From NCBI GenBank assembly GCA_035296685.1, contig DATHAK010000220.1, positions 610 through 64,609 of the forward strand: a stretch of DNA of 64,000 nt, given 5' to 3'. A program made the translations under genes and the position numbers. Origin of the DNA: Blastococcus sp. Lineage in GTDB: Bacteria; Actinomycetota; Actinomycetes; Mycobacteriales; Geodermatophilaceae. Positions 43,777-52,514 of the stretch are shown here, one piece after another (positions within the stretch are counted from its first letter, which is position 1; every line of letters begins with the position of its first letter). The notes beneath the pieces are model-generated. The model was given only the letters and a program-made list of their open reading frames with translations. It was not told the origin of the DNA and did not search any database.

Positions 43777-45621
43777 TCAGAAACAACGCTCGTCGACCTC
43801 CATGAGGGCGTTGTCGGTGTTCTCGACGATCGCGCGCTCCGAGGACAGCCGCGGCAGCACCTGGGTGGCGAAGAAGCGGGTGGCGGCCAGCTTGCCCTCG
43901 TAGAAGAACCGGTCCTTCTCGCTGACCTCGCCACCGAGCGCGGCCAACGCGACCTCCGACTGCCGGATGAGCAGCCACCCGGTGATGAGGTCACCGGTCG
44001 CCAGCAGCAACCGGCTCGTGTTCTGCGCGACCTTGTACAGCGACGTCATGTCCTGCTGCGCCTCGGTCAGGTGGCCGAACATCGCGGTGAGCATGCCCTG
44101 GACGTCGGAGAGAGCGGTCGCCAGCAGCGCGCGCTCCTCCTTGAGCCGCCCGTTGCCCGCCTCGGCGTCGATCGTCGACTGGATCTGCTCGGCGATCCAG
44201 GTCAGCGCCACCCCGCCGTCCTTGACGATCTTGCGGAAGAAGAAGTCCTGCCCCTGGATCGCCGTGGTGCCCTCGTAGAGGGTGTCGATCTTGGAGTCGC
44301 GGATGTACTGCTCGATCGGGTAGTCCTGCAGGTAACCCGAGCCGCCGAGGGTCTGCAGCGACTCGGCGGTCAGCAGCTGGGTGGCGCGCTCGGACCCGAA
44401 GCCCTTCACGATGGGCAGCAGCAGGTCGTTGACCCGCTCGGCCAGCTTCGCCTCCTCGCTCTCGCCCTCGCCGGCCGCCTCCGCCTCGACGACCCGGTCC
44501 CGGAAGCTCGCCGCGTAGAGGTAGAGCGCGCGCATGCCCTCGGCGTAGGCCTTCTGGACCATCAGCGAGCGGCGGACGTCGGGGTGGTGGCTGATCGTCA
44601 CCCGCGGCGCGTCCTTGGACGTCGCGGTCAGGTCGGCGCCCTGCACCCGCTCCTTCGCGTAGGCCAGGGCGACCTGGTAGCCGGCCGACAGCGTGGCGAT
44701 GGCCTTGGCCCCGACGAACATGCGGGCGTGCTCGATGACCTTGAACATCTGGGCGATGCCGTCGTGCACCTCGCCGACCAGCCAGCCCTGCGCGGGCACG
44801 TCGGTCGCGCCGAAGGTGAGCTCGCAGGTGGTGGAGACCTTGAGGCCCATCTTCTTCTCGACGTTGGTGACGTAGACGCCGTTGCGCTCGCCGAGCTCAC
44901 CGGTCTCGAGGTCGACGTGGAACTTGGGGACGACGAACAGCGACAGGCCCTTGGTGCCGGCCCTCGCACGCTCGGGGCGGGCCAGCACCAGGTGGATGAT
45001 GTTGTCGTAGAGGTCGTGCTCGGCCGAGGTGATGAACCGCTTCACCCCGGTGATGTGCCAGGAGCCGTCGTCCTGCTGCACGGCCTTGGTGAGGCCGGCC
45101 CCCACGTCGGAGCCCGCGTCGGGCTCGGTGAGCACCATCGTGGCGCCCCAGCCCTTCTCCAGCATGAGCTCGGCGAGCTTCTTCTGCTCCGGGGTGCCGA
45201 GGTCGTCGAGGACGGCGGCGAACGCGGCGCCCGACCCGTACATGAAGACGGCCGGGTTCGCGCCCAGCACCATCTCGAACGCCGCCCACGTCAGGGCGTG
45301 CGGGGCGCCGAACCCGCCCAGGTGCTCGGGGACGTCCAGCCGCCACCACTCGCCGTCGTTGATCGCCTGCATCGACTTCTTGAACGACTCGGGGAGGGTC
45401 ACCGAGTGCGTGGGCGGGTCGAAGACCGGCGGGTTGCGGTCGGCGTCGGTGAAGGACGCCGCGATCGGCCCCTCGGCCAGCTTGCGGATCTCGGCGAGCA
45501 CACCGCGGGCCGTGTCGGCGTCCATCTGCTCGAACGGCCCGGTGCCGAACTTGTCCTTGGTGTCCAGGAACTCGAAGAGGTTGAACTCGAGGTCCCGGAG
45601 GTTGGCCGTGTAGTGGCTCAT
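43777..45621 (-). CDS. fadE5: Acyl-CoA dehydrogenase, FadE5-like
   Basis: [57 protein letters not shown]. Confidence 0.93.
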   Translation of the reverse strand: MSHYTANLRDLEFNLFEFLDTKDKFGTGPFEQMDADTARGVLAEIRKLAEGPIAASFTDADRNPPVFDPPTHSVTLPESFKKSMQAINDGEWWRLDVPEHLGGFGAPHALTWAAFEMVLGANPAVFMYGSGAAFAAVLDDLGTPEQKKLAELMLEKGWGATMVLTEPDAGSDVGAGLTKAVQQDDGSWHITGVKRFITSAEHDLYDNIIHLVLARPERARAGTKGLSLFVVPKFHVDLETGELGERNGVYVTNVEKKMGLKVSTTCELTFGATDVPAQGWLVGEVHDGIAQMFKVIEHARMFVGAKAIATLSAGYQVALAYAKERVQGADLTATSKDAPRVTISHHPDVRRSLMVQKAYAEGMRALYLYAASFRDRVVEAEAAGEGESEEAKLAERVNDLLLPIVKGFGSERATQLLTAESLQTLGGSGYLQDYPIEQYIRDSKIDTLYEGTTAIQGQDFFFRKIVKDGGVALTWIAEQIQSTIDAEAGNGRLKEERALLATALSDVQGMLTAMFGHLTEAQQDMTSLYKVAQNTSRLLLATGDLITGWLLIRQSEVALAALGGEVSEKDRFFYEGKLAATRFFATQVLPRLSSERAIVENTDNALMEVDERCF

Positions 45622-45663
45622 CGTGCGTGTGCTCCCGTGCTGGTGCCGGTGGGCGGCGATTCC

Positions 45664-45701
45664 CTACTCGCCAGTAACAAACGTTATTACCCACCGGTAG
45701 C
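45664..45701. promoter_or_regulatory. Tandem imperfect palindromes upstream of fadE5 (candidate operator)
   Basis: CTAC-TCGCCA-GTAA and TTAC-CCACCG-GTAG (YTAC-N6-GTAR twice). Confidence 0.5.
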
Positions 45702-45752
45702 AACGAGCAACCCGCCGCGCCGTTCCGCGCCCTCTCCGAGGGGGACCGCGGC

Positions 45753-46112
45753 TCAGCGGTTGCGGCGCCGGGCCCGCACGGTCGCACCCGCCAGGGCGAC
45801 GAGGAGGCCGCCCAGCACGGCCGCGATCACCAGGGCCAGCACCAGCGGCGCCTTCACGTCGGCGAACACCAGGCTGATGTCGACGGTCTGGGTGTTGAAG
45901 ACGACGAACAGCACGAGGACGACGGTGACGAAGAGGAGCAGGGCGAGCGCCACCGTGCGGCCGATCGTGCGTCCGGTGTGCCGCTTGGGAGCGGGGGCCG
46001 TCGGGGAGGTGCCGGCCGGGGCCGCGGGGGGAGGGCCGGGAACGGTCCTCCCCGGCACGAGGGTCGGGTCGGCGCCGGGAGTGGTGGCCGGGTGCGGGTC
46101 GGGAGTGCTCAC
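45753..46112 (-). CDS. LapA/DUF1049 family membrane protein
   Basis: Pro-rich N-terminus, LVLFVVFNTQTVDISL, second TM, basic C-terminus. Confidence 0.88.
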   Translation of the reverse strand: MSTPDPHPATTPGADPTLVPGRTVPGPPPAAPAGTSPTAPAPKRHTGRTIGRTVALALLLFVTVVLVLFVVFNTQTVDISLVFADVKAPLVLALVIAAVLGGLLVALAGATVRARRRNR

Positions 46113-46172
46113 GTTGCCGAGTGTGCTGCCCGGAGGGAGCCGCCGCAGGTTCCCGCGACGCGGCCGTGATCT

Positions 46173-46331
46173 TCAGTGCGCGTCCGGCTCGGTCTCCGCC
46201 GGCGGGTAGCTCGGTCCGGCCACGCCGCCGGCCGGCCCGGGCTCACCGCCCTGCGACTCGGGGTCCCCGGGAGGGGCGGACTCGCTGCCGAGGGGCTGGG
46301 CGTCGCGGTCGTCGTCGTCCGGCATCGTCAT
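46173..46331 (-). CDS. Small acidic Pro/Gly-rich hypothetical protein (52 aa)
   Basis: MTMPDDDDRDAQP...TEPDAH; leaderless CACACT -10 six nt upstream. Confidence 0.55.
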   Translation of the reverse strand: MTMPDDDDRDAQPLGSESAPPGDPESQGGEPGPAGGVAGPSYPPAETEPDAH

Positions 46332-46427
46332 GCGCGGAGTGTGTGGCGCATCCAGCAAGATCACCACTGGTCCGACGGGGTCTCCGCGATTCCGACGGCC
46401 CGGTGGGCCAGTGCTGATCGTGGTTCC

Positions 46428-46853
46428 TCAGTCCTCCAGCGCGGGGCCGGCCTCGTGGCGCGGATGGCCCTTGGTCCGCTCGCCCTGCTTCATCCGCGCC
46501 TCGTAGACGTGCCGGTCGCCGCCGGCCAGCTCGTTCCGGGCGCGGGCGTCGAAGTCGCGGAACGACGCCCAGTAGCTGGCGTCGAAGTCCTCGACGATCT
46601 GGAAGGTCCAGCGGTCGGCGATCACGTTCCGCCCCACCAGGTCGCGGTCGAGGTCGGCGGCCAGCTCGCGCGCGCCGGCCTTCTGGAACAGCTCCACCGA
46701 CTCCTGCAGCAGCCGGTCCGCCTTGCCGGTCAGCTGGTGGAACGCGTAGAGGAAGCCACGGGCCTGCTCGACGGTCTCGAGTGCCTCGGAGAGCTTCCCG
46801 AGCGCCTCGACGGTCGTGTCGTCGAGGTCGGGGCGGGTGCGGTCGGTCGTCAC
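46428..46853 (-). CDS. Conserved actinobacterial hypothetical helical protein
   Basis: VEALGKLSEALETVEQARG.LY.FHQLTG.AD...RWTFQIVEDFD. Confidence 0.85.
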   Translation of the reverse strand: MTTDRTRPDLDDTTVEALGKLSEALETVEQARGFLYAFHQLTGKADRLLQESVELFQKAGARELAADLDRDLVGRNVIADRWTFQIVEDFDASYWASFRDFDARARNELAGGDRHVYEARMKQGERTKGHPRHEAGPALED

Positions 46854-46864
46854 CCGCTCATCCT

Positions 46865-46888
46865 GTTCCCGCGGTTGTCGCCATAAAC
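46865..46888 (-). promoter_or_regulatory. SigB/SigF-type promoter
   Basis: GTTT-N14-GGGAAC, 11 nt before GTG 46853. Confidence 0.6.
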
Positions 46889-46902
46889 GCGGGAAGGGCG
46901 GG

Positions 46903-47523
46903 TCAGGCCCTGGCCGCCGCGATCGCGATCAGGCGCTCGGCGAGCTGGCGACCGTGGGCGGCCGGCCCGTCGGGGCCCAGGAGCCCGCCCGAGAGGTACA
47001 TGCCGTCGATGATCAGGTGGATCTGCGCGGCGAGGTGCTCCCCGGCGCCCGGCACGATCTCCTCGGCCAGGCGCTCCAGGCGGCCGTACAGCTCGAACTT
47101 GTAGTCGGCGGCCGCGCTGCGGGCGGGGTGCTGCGGGTCGTCGTACTCGCTGCTGACGTTGTTGAAGGGGCAGCCGCGGAAGCCGGTCCGCGTGACATCG
47201 CGCTCGACGGCGTCGACGACCGAGAGCAGGGCGGCGCGCGGGTCGCCCTGGAGGCGGACGAGCTCGGCGTCGATGAACGCCAGCACCGTGGCGGCCTTGC
47301 GGGCGAGGTACGCGCCGACGAGGTCGTCCTTGCTCTTGAAGAGCCGGTACACGGTCATCTTGCCGAGGCCGGTCTCGCGGACGAGCTCGTCCATGCCGAC
47401 GCTGCGCGAGCTGCGGCCGGCGAAAAGGCGCTCGGCGGTGTCGAGGACGATGGCCTGCCGCTCGGCGCGGCTGCGGCGAACGGGGGTGGAGACGTCGTCG
47501 GCGGCGGCGAGGGCGGCGGTCAC
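46903..47523 (-). CDS. TetR/AcrR family regulator
   Basis: AERLF..VGMDELVRETGLGKMTVYRLFKSKDDLV, RGCPF; leaderless CACCAT -10. Confidence 0.93.
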   Translation of the reverse strand: MTAALAAADDVSTPVRRSRAERQAIVLDTAERLFAGRSSRSVGMDELVRETGLGKMTVYRLFKSKDDLVGAYLARKAATVLAFIDAELVRLQGDPRAALLSVVDAVERDVTRTGFRGCPFNNVSSEYDDPQHPARSAAADYKFELYGRLERLAEEIVPGAGEHLAAQIHLIIDGMYLSGGLLGPDGPAAHGRQLAERLIAIAAARA

Positions 47524-47658
47524 GTCAGGGATGGTGCACCACGTCCGTGACGGAGCAGTTCGCGGCACGCCGGAATGGTTGCTCTGGGTGACGAGAGGCG
47601 CGGGGGTGGCCCGGGACGCCGGGGGACCCTGGGGCCGCTGTGACGACGGAGAGTGAGG

Positions 47659-47688
47659 AAGGGCCCCGTCGCCTCGGGACGGGGCCTT
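47659..47688 (-). terminator. Terminator hairpin after the 45-aa ORF
   Basis: GGCCCCGTC-N7-GACGGGGCC stem starting at the TAA stop. Confidence 0.75.
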
Positions 47689-47824
47689 AGTTGCGGCGGA
47701 CGCGGCGGGGGTTGGCCAGCATGCGCGCGACGGTGGCGACGGCGGCCTCGGGGGAGCGGGACTCCTCGGTCTGGGTCGAGGCGGTGTCCTCGGAAACGCG
47801 TGCGTCGTGCTGGGGGTTCGCCAT
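47687..47824 (-). CDS. Small hypothetical protein (45 aa), absent from the ORF track
   Basis: MANPQHDARVSEDTASTQTEESRSPEAAVATVARMLANPRRVRRN*; own promoter motif and terminator; GC3-rich codons. Confidence 0.7.
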   Translation of the reverse strand: MANPQHDARVSEDTASTQTEESRSPEAAVATVARMLANPRRVRRN

Positions 47825-47834
47825 GCCGACCAGC

Positions 47835-47860
47835 CTGCCCCTGCCCCCCGGGCCGGAAAC
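47835..47860 (-). promoter_or_regulatory. SigB/SigF-type promoter (leaderless)
   Basis: GTTT-N16-GGGCAG, 10 nt before ATG 47824. Confidence 0.55.
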
Positions 47861-47918
47861 AGCCCCGGACCTGTGATCTACCCCCTCGGGGGTGAGAGTT
47901 CGCTCACCTCCGTGCTGG

Positions 47919-48809
47919 TCAGGTGCGCTGCGCGACGCCGTGGCCGTGCGCGGCGGGCCGCTGCGGCCGGTGCCGTCCGCGGCCGCCGGAGGTCGCCAGG
48001 ACCACCACCCAGGCGAGCACGGCGAGCGACACGATGAAGAAGCTCGGCGGCAGGTCGACCATCGCCGACAGCACGAGGCCGCCCCAGACCGAGCCGAGCG
48101 CCAGGAGGACGGCCAGGGCCGCCACCCGCGCCGGCCGGGCGGTGATCCGCAGGGCCGTGGCCGCGGGGGTCACCACCAGCGCGAACAGCAGCAGCGTGCC
48201 CACGACCTGGACGGCCATGGTGATGGTCAGCGCGAGCAGGACGACGAAGGCGAGGCCGAGCGCGCGCACCGGTACCCCGCGGGCCTCGGCCACCGCGGGG
48301 TCGACCGAGGCGAACACCAGCGGCCGGGCCAGGACGGCGAGGGTGCCCACCACCGCCGCGGTGAAGACGCCGAACACGACCAGCTGGTCGGCCGAGATCG
48401 CCAGCAGGTTGCCGAACAGGACCGACGTGGTCGTCCCCGCGTTGGCGCTCGCCAGCGAGGCGAACAGCACGCCGAGCGCGGTGGCCAGCGCGAGGATCGT
48501 GCCGGTGGCCATCTCGCGGTCGGCGACCCGGCGGCCGAACAGCCCGATGAGCAGCCCGCCGCCGACGCAGAAGACGGTGAGGCCGAGGGTGACCGGTGCG
48601 CCGACCAGGATCGCGCCGGTCGCGCCGGGGAAGCCGATGTGCGCGAGGGCGTGCGCGGCGAAGGCGTTCTGCCGGGTGATCACGAAGTAGCCCAGGAGCC
48701 CCGCGGCCACAGCGACCATCGAGCCGCCGACCAGCGCGTTGCGCATGAACGGGCTCTGCAGGATCTCCACCCAGTTGCTCTGGAACTCCACGGCGGCGAG
48801 CGCGCTCAC
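47919..48809 (-). CDS. znuB: Metal ABC transporter permease
   Basis: FAAHALAHIGFPG, LFGNLL, VVGTLLLFALVVTPAATA. Confidence 0.92.
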   Translation of the reverse strand: MSALAAVEFQSNWVEILQSPFMRNALVGGSMVAVAAGLLGYFVITRQNAFAAHALAHIGFPGATGAILVGAPVTLGLTVFCVGGGLLIGLFGRRVADREMATGTILALATALGVLFASLASANAGTTTSVLFGNLLAISADQLVVFGVFTAAVVGTLAVLARPLVFASVDPAVAEARGVPVRALGLAFVVLLALTITMAVQVVGTLLLFALVVTPAATALRITARPARVAALAVLLALGSVWGGLVLSAMVDLPPSFFIVSLAVLAWVVVLATSGGRGRHRPQRPAAHGHGVAQRT

Positions 48810-49603
48810 GGCCGCGGGTCCCGCCACGCGGCGCGGGTGAACAGGTCGCCCTGCGCGGTGCGGACGACGCCGACCGGCGTGCCGTAGAGGTGGGTGAGCA
48901 GCTCCTCCTGCACCACCTCGCCGATCGTGTCGTGGTGCGGGTGTCCGTCGAGCAGGTAGACCGCGTCGGTCAGCACCGGCAGCAGCGGGTTCAGGTCGTG
49001 CGCGACGACCATGATCGTGACGTCGCGCTCCCGGTGCAGCTCGCCCAGCAGCCGGACGATCTCCTGCTGGTTGCGCAGGTCCAGGTTGGCCAGTGGCTCG
49101 TCCAGCAGCAGCAGCTCGGCGTCGTCGACGATGGCCTGCGCGATCGCCACCCGCTGCTGCTGGCCGCCGGACAGCTCCGACATCCGCCGCTCGGCGTACG
49201 GGGCGGCGCCGACCCGCTCCAGCGCGGCGTCCACCCGCGCGCGCTCCGCGGGCGAGGTGGGTCGCAGGCCGAAGCGGCCGCCGGTGAGACCGAGGGTGAC
49301 CAGGTCGCGGCAGCGGATGGCGTCGCCGAGGGCGGCGGTGTAGTTCTGCGGCACGTAGCCGATCCGCCGGTTGCCGCGGCGGGGCGGGGCGCCCAGCACC
49401 TCGACCCGGCCGGATGCGGCCGGGAGCAGCCCGAGGGCCAGCTGGAACATCGTCGTCTTGCCCGCCCCGTTCGGGCCGATCACCCCCACCACGGCGCCGG
49501 CCCGCACGGTGAAGGAGCCCTGTGCCCACACGGTGAGCCCGCCGCGGACGACGCTGACGTCGTCCAGCACGAGGGCCGGCGGGCGCTCGCCGGGAGCCGT
49601 CAC
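48806..49603 (-). CDS. znuC: Metal ABC transporter ATP-binding protein
   Basis: GPNGAGKTT, IGYVPQ, LSGGQQQR, LLLDEP, VAHDLN. Confidence 0.94.
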   Translation of the reverse strand: MTAPGERPPALVLDDVSVVRGGLTVWAQGSFTVRAGAVVGVIGPNGAGKTTMFQLALGLLPAASGRVEVLGAPPRRGNRRIGYVPQNYTAALGDAIRCRDLVTLGLTGGRFGLRPTSPAERARVDAALERVGAAPYAERRMSELSGGQQQRVAIAQAIVDDAELLLLDEPLANLDLRNQQEIVRLLGELHRERDVTIMVVAHDLNPLLPVLTDAVYLLDGHPHHDTIGEVVQEELLTHLYGTPVGVVRTAQGDLFTRAAWRDPRP

Positions 49604-50544
49604 GGGTTCCCGCCGAGAGCCTCGGAGAGCGCCGAGAGCTGGGAGACCTGCCACGCGACGAAGGAACCGCCGGCGTCGGTCGGCGATTCCGTCACCTCCA
49701 CCACGGGCACGCCCGCCTCCTCGGCGGCCGACCGCAGCTGCTCGGGGACGCTGCCGCTCGTCTGGCTGTTGTAGATCAGCACGTCGACGGACCCGTCGGC
49801 GAGTGCCGACTCGAACGCGGCGAGATCCCCCGGCGCGGGGTCGCTGTCGTTGCTCGCCGCCCGCCGGTAGCCGGCGGGCGTGACGTCGGTCAGCCCCACC
49901 GCGGCCGCCATCCGGTCGAAGACGCCCTCCGTGGCGGCGTAGCTGTGCCCGGCGGCGGCCGAGCTCAGCGCGACGACGGCGTCGGTGTAGCGCCGCAGGT
50001 CCGCCTGCCAGGCAGCTGCGCGCTCCTCGACGTAGCCCTTGGCGTCGGGCGACACGGCCGCCAGCTCGTCGGCGAGGACGCCGGCGAGCCCGTGCACCGT
50101 CTCGGGGGCGTACCACAGGTGCGGGTCCTCGCCGTCGGAGACGCCCGAGACGTCGGCGACGTCGACCACCACCGGGTCGCTGTCCAGCGTGGCGACGGCG
50201 TCGAGGGCCCACTCGTCGTAGTGCGCCCCGTTGACCACCACGAGATCGGCCTCGGAGAAGGCGGCGAGGTCGGACGTGCTGGCCTCGAAGTCGTGCGGAT
50301 CGACCGACCCGGAGGCGACGATCGTCGTCACCGTCGCGCAGTCGCCGGCGACCCGGCGGACGACGTCGCTCCACTGCGACACCGACACGACGACGTCGAC
50401 GACCTCCCCCGGGCAGCTGTCGGGGTTGCCCGACGACACCGCGGCGCCGTCGCCGGACCCGTCGTCGGCGGTGCAGGCGGTCAGCGCCAGCGCGGCGAGC
50501 CCGGCGAGCGCCGAACGGACGGCGGTGGATCGGGCGCGCGGCAC
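49600..50544 (-). CDS. znuA: Metal ABC transporter substrate-binding lipoprotein
   Basis: Lipobox LTA-C, VDPHDFE, DPHLWY, VEVTES; AGGAAGG RBS favours GTG 50544. Confidence 0.92.
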   Translation of the reverse strand: MPRARSTAVRSALAGLAALALTACTADDGSGDGAAVSSGNPDSCPGEVVDVVVSVSQWSDVVRRVAGDCATVTTIVASGSVDPHDFEASTSDLAAFSEADLVVVNGAHYDEWALDAVATLDSDPVVVDVADVSGVSDGEDPHLWYAPETVHGLAGVLADELAAVSPDAKGYVEERAAAWQADLRRYTDAVVALSSAAAGHSYAATEGVFDRMAAAVGLTDVTPAGYRRAASNDSDPAPGDLAAFESALADGSVDVLIYNSQTSGSVPEQLRSAAEEAGVPVVEVTESPTDAGGSFVAWQVSQLSALSEALGGNP

Positions 50545-50562
50545 GACGACGACCTTCCTAAC

Positions 50563-50580
50563 TGACAATGATTCCCATGA
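50563..50580 (-). promoter_or_regulatory. Zur box overlapping the znuA transcription start
   Basis: TCATGGGAATCATTGTCA resembles actinobacterial Zur sites; -10 CATACT at 50583-50588. Confidence 0.7.
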
Positions 50581-50595
50581 GCAGTATGCCCGGGG

Positions 50596-51612
50596 TCAGC
50601 GGAAGGCGGCGACGAGGGGGTTCCACAGATCGAGGGACGCCGGGTAGGAGGCGTAGACGCTGAACCGATCGAGCAGCCCGGCGAACCGCTCCCGCACGCG
50701 GGCGGCGACATCCCCCGGGTCGGCCACCACCGCGAACGTGGCCAGCACCTCGTCGTCGACCAGGTCGCGCATCGCCGTCCACTTGTCCTCGCGGCGGCCG
50801 ACCGACAGCGCGTGCAGCTCGTCGGCGAGCGCGTCCCAGCCGTGCAGCTCGAGCACCGGCCGGTAGGCCGGCGTGCTCCCGTAGAACGCGATCGTCGCCT
50901 TCACCGCCGCCGCGGCCTCGGCGCGCTCGGCGTCCGTCCGGCCCGACACCACGAGACCGGGCAGGCTCACCGTCAGCTCCTCGCGGGCCCGGCCGGCGAG
51001 AACCAGGCCCTCGGCGAGCGCCGGCAGGGTGCGCTCGCGCAGGTAGCGCTCGGTCGTGAACCCGTGGACGAGCAGCCCGTCGGCGACCTCGCCGGCGAGC
51101 CGGGTCATGACCGGGCCCACCGCGGCCAGGTGCACGGGCGGGGCGCCCCACTCGTGCGCGGCCGGGGCGAACATCGGCGTCATGAGGGTGTGCCGGTAGT
51201 GCGTGCCCTCGAAGCGCAGGCGGGTGCCGTCCTGCCACGCCGACCAGATGGCGCGCAGCGCCGCGATGTACTCCCGCATCCGGTCGGCCGGCGCGCTCCA
51301 CGGCATCGAGAAGCGGCGCTCGACGTGCGCGCGCACCTGGGTGCCCAGTCCCAGCACGAACCGGCCGCGGGTGTAGCGCTGCAGGTCGTGCGCGGTCATG
51401 GCCAGCGTCATGGGTGACCGGGCGAAGGCCACCGCGATGGCGGTGCCCACCTGCAACCGCGTGGTCGCCTGGCCGGCGGTGAGCAGCGGCAGGAACGGGT
51501 CGTGGTCGACCTCCGACGCCCAGACGCCGGCGTAGCCGCGGGCCTCGAGGTCCCGAGCGGTGGCGCCGACGTCGTCGATCCCGGTGGACAGCAGCGCGGC
51601 GTCGAGGAGCAC
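50596..51612 (-). CDS. LLM-class F420-dependent oxidoreductase (TIGR03617/MSMEG_2256-like)
   Basis: SEVDHDPF, GTAIAVAFARSPM, GLGTQVRAH, AFYGSTPAY. Confidence 0.9.
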   Translation of the reverse strand: MLLDAALLSTGIDDVGATARDLEARGYAGVWASEVDHDPFLPLLTAGQATTRLQVGTAIAVAFARSPMTLAMTAHDLQRYTRGRFVLGLGTQVRAHVERRFSMPWSAPADRMREYIAALRAIWSAWQDGTRLRFEGTHYRHTLMTPMFAPAAHEWGAPPVHLAAVGPVMTRLAGEVADGLLVHGFTTERYLRERTLPALAEGLVLAGRAREELTVSLPGLVVSGRTDAERAEAAAAVKATIAFYGSTPAYRPVLELHGWDALADELHALSVGRREDKWTAMRDLVDDEVLATFAVVADPGDVAARVRERFAGLLDRFSVYASYPASLDLWNPLVAAFR

Positions 51613-51719
51613 GGGGCCCGAGCCTGCCCGACAGCGACCTCCCTGGCCAGCACGGGGGCGGCGACCGTACGGTCAGCGGTCGGAGGCGGCAGCGTGGCCG
51701 GCCCGGGCAGGAGGTGGTC

Positions 51720-52514
51720 GTGGCGGAGCTGGCACCGCTGCTCGGCGATCTGCGCGACGAGGGAGAGGCGCTCGACGCCGTCGTCGCCCCGCTCGAGGAG
51801 ACCGCCTGGCTCGGTTCCACCCCCGCCGAGGGCTGGACGATCGCGCACCAGGTCGCCCACCTCGCGTGGACCGACCAGCAGGCGCTGCTCGCCGCGACCG
51901 ACCCCGAGGGCTTCGCCCGTGCCGTCTGCGCGACGGGCCCGGAGCTCACCTCGGCGGTCGACGACACGGCGGCGGCCGGGGCGACGGAGCCGCCGGAACA
52001 GCTGCTGGCCCGCTGGCGCGAGGGGCGGACGGCGCTGACCGACGCCCTCGCCGCGCTCCCGGACGGCACCAAGCTGCCGTGGTTCGGACCGCCCATGAGC
52101 GCCGCCTCGATGGCGACGGCGCGGCTGATGGAGACCTGGGCGCACGGCCTCGACGTCACCGACGCGCTGGGCCTGCCGCCCTCGGTCTCCGGGCGGCTGC
52201 GGCACGTCGCGCACATCGGCGTCCGGGCGCGGGACTTCGCCTTCCGCCAACACAGCCTGTCCCCGCCCGTCGGGGAGTTCCGGGTCGAGCTGACCGCGCC
52301 GGACGGGGACACGTGGACCTGGGGTCCGGAGGACGCCGCGCAGCGGATCGCCGGCCCAGCCCTCGACTTCTGTCTCAAGGTCACCCGCCGCCGCCACCGC
52401 GCCGACCTGGCGCTGGTGGCGACGGGGCCCGACGCAGACCGCTGGCTGGACCTGGCACAGGCCTTCGCGGGGCCGCCCGGGAAGGAACGCCCTCCCTCGG
52501 ACGGCGGGGCGTGA
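51720..52514 (+). CDS. TIGR03084 family MDMPI-like metal-binding protein
   Basis: TPAEGWTIAHQVAHLAWTD, TARLMETWAHG, RHVAHIGVR; AGGAGG RBS. Confidence 0.9.
   Translation: MAELAPLLGDLRDEGEALDAVVAPLEETAWLGSTPAEGWTIAHQVAHLAWTDQQALLAATDPEGFARAVCATGPELTSAVDDTAAAGATEPPEQLLARWREGRTALTDALAALPDGTKLPWFGPPMSAASMATARLMETWAHGLDVTDALGLPPSVSGRLRHVAHIGVRARDFAFRQHSLSPPVGEFRVELTAPDGDTWTWGPEDAAQRIAGPALDFCLKVTRRRHRADLALVATGPDADRWLDLAQAFAGPPGKERPPSDGGA

Noticed and set aside
47560-47900. Plus-strand ORFs 47653..47895 and 47691..47876
   Set aside because: No RBS or promoter; the minus-strand 45-aa ORF with its own promoter and terminator explains the region better.
50545-50568. TTG start for znuA from the ORF track
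   Set aside because: It lies inside the Zur box, and the AGGAAGG RBS points to GTG 50544.
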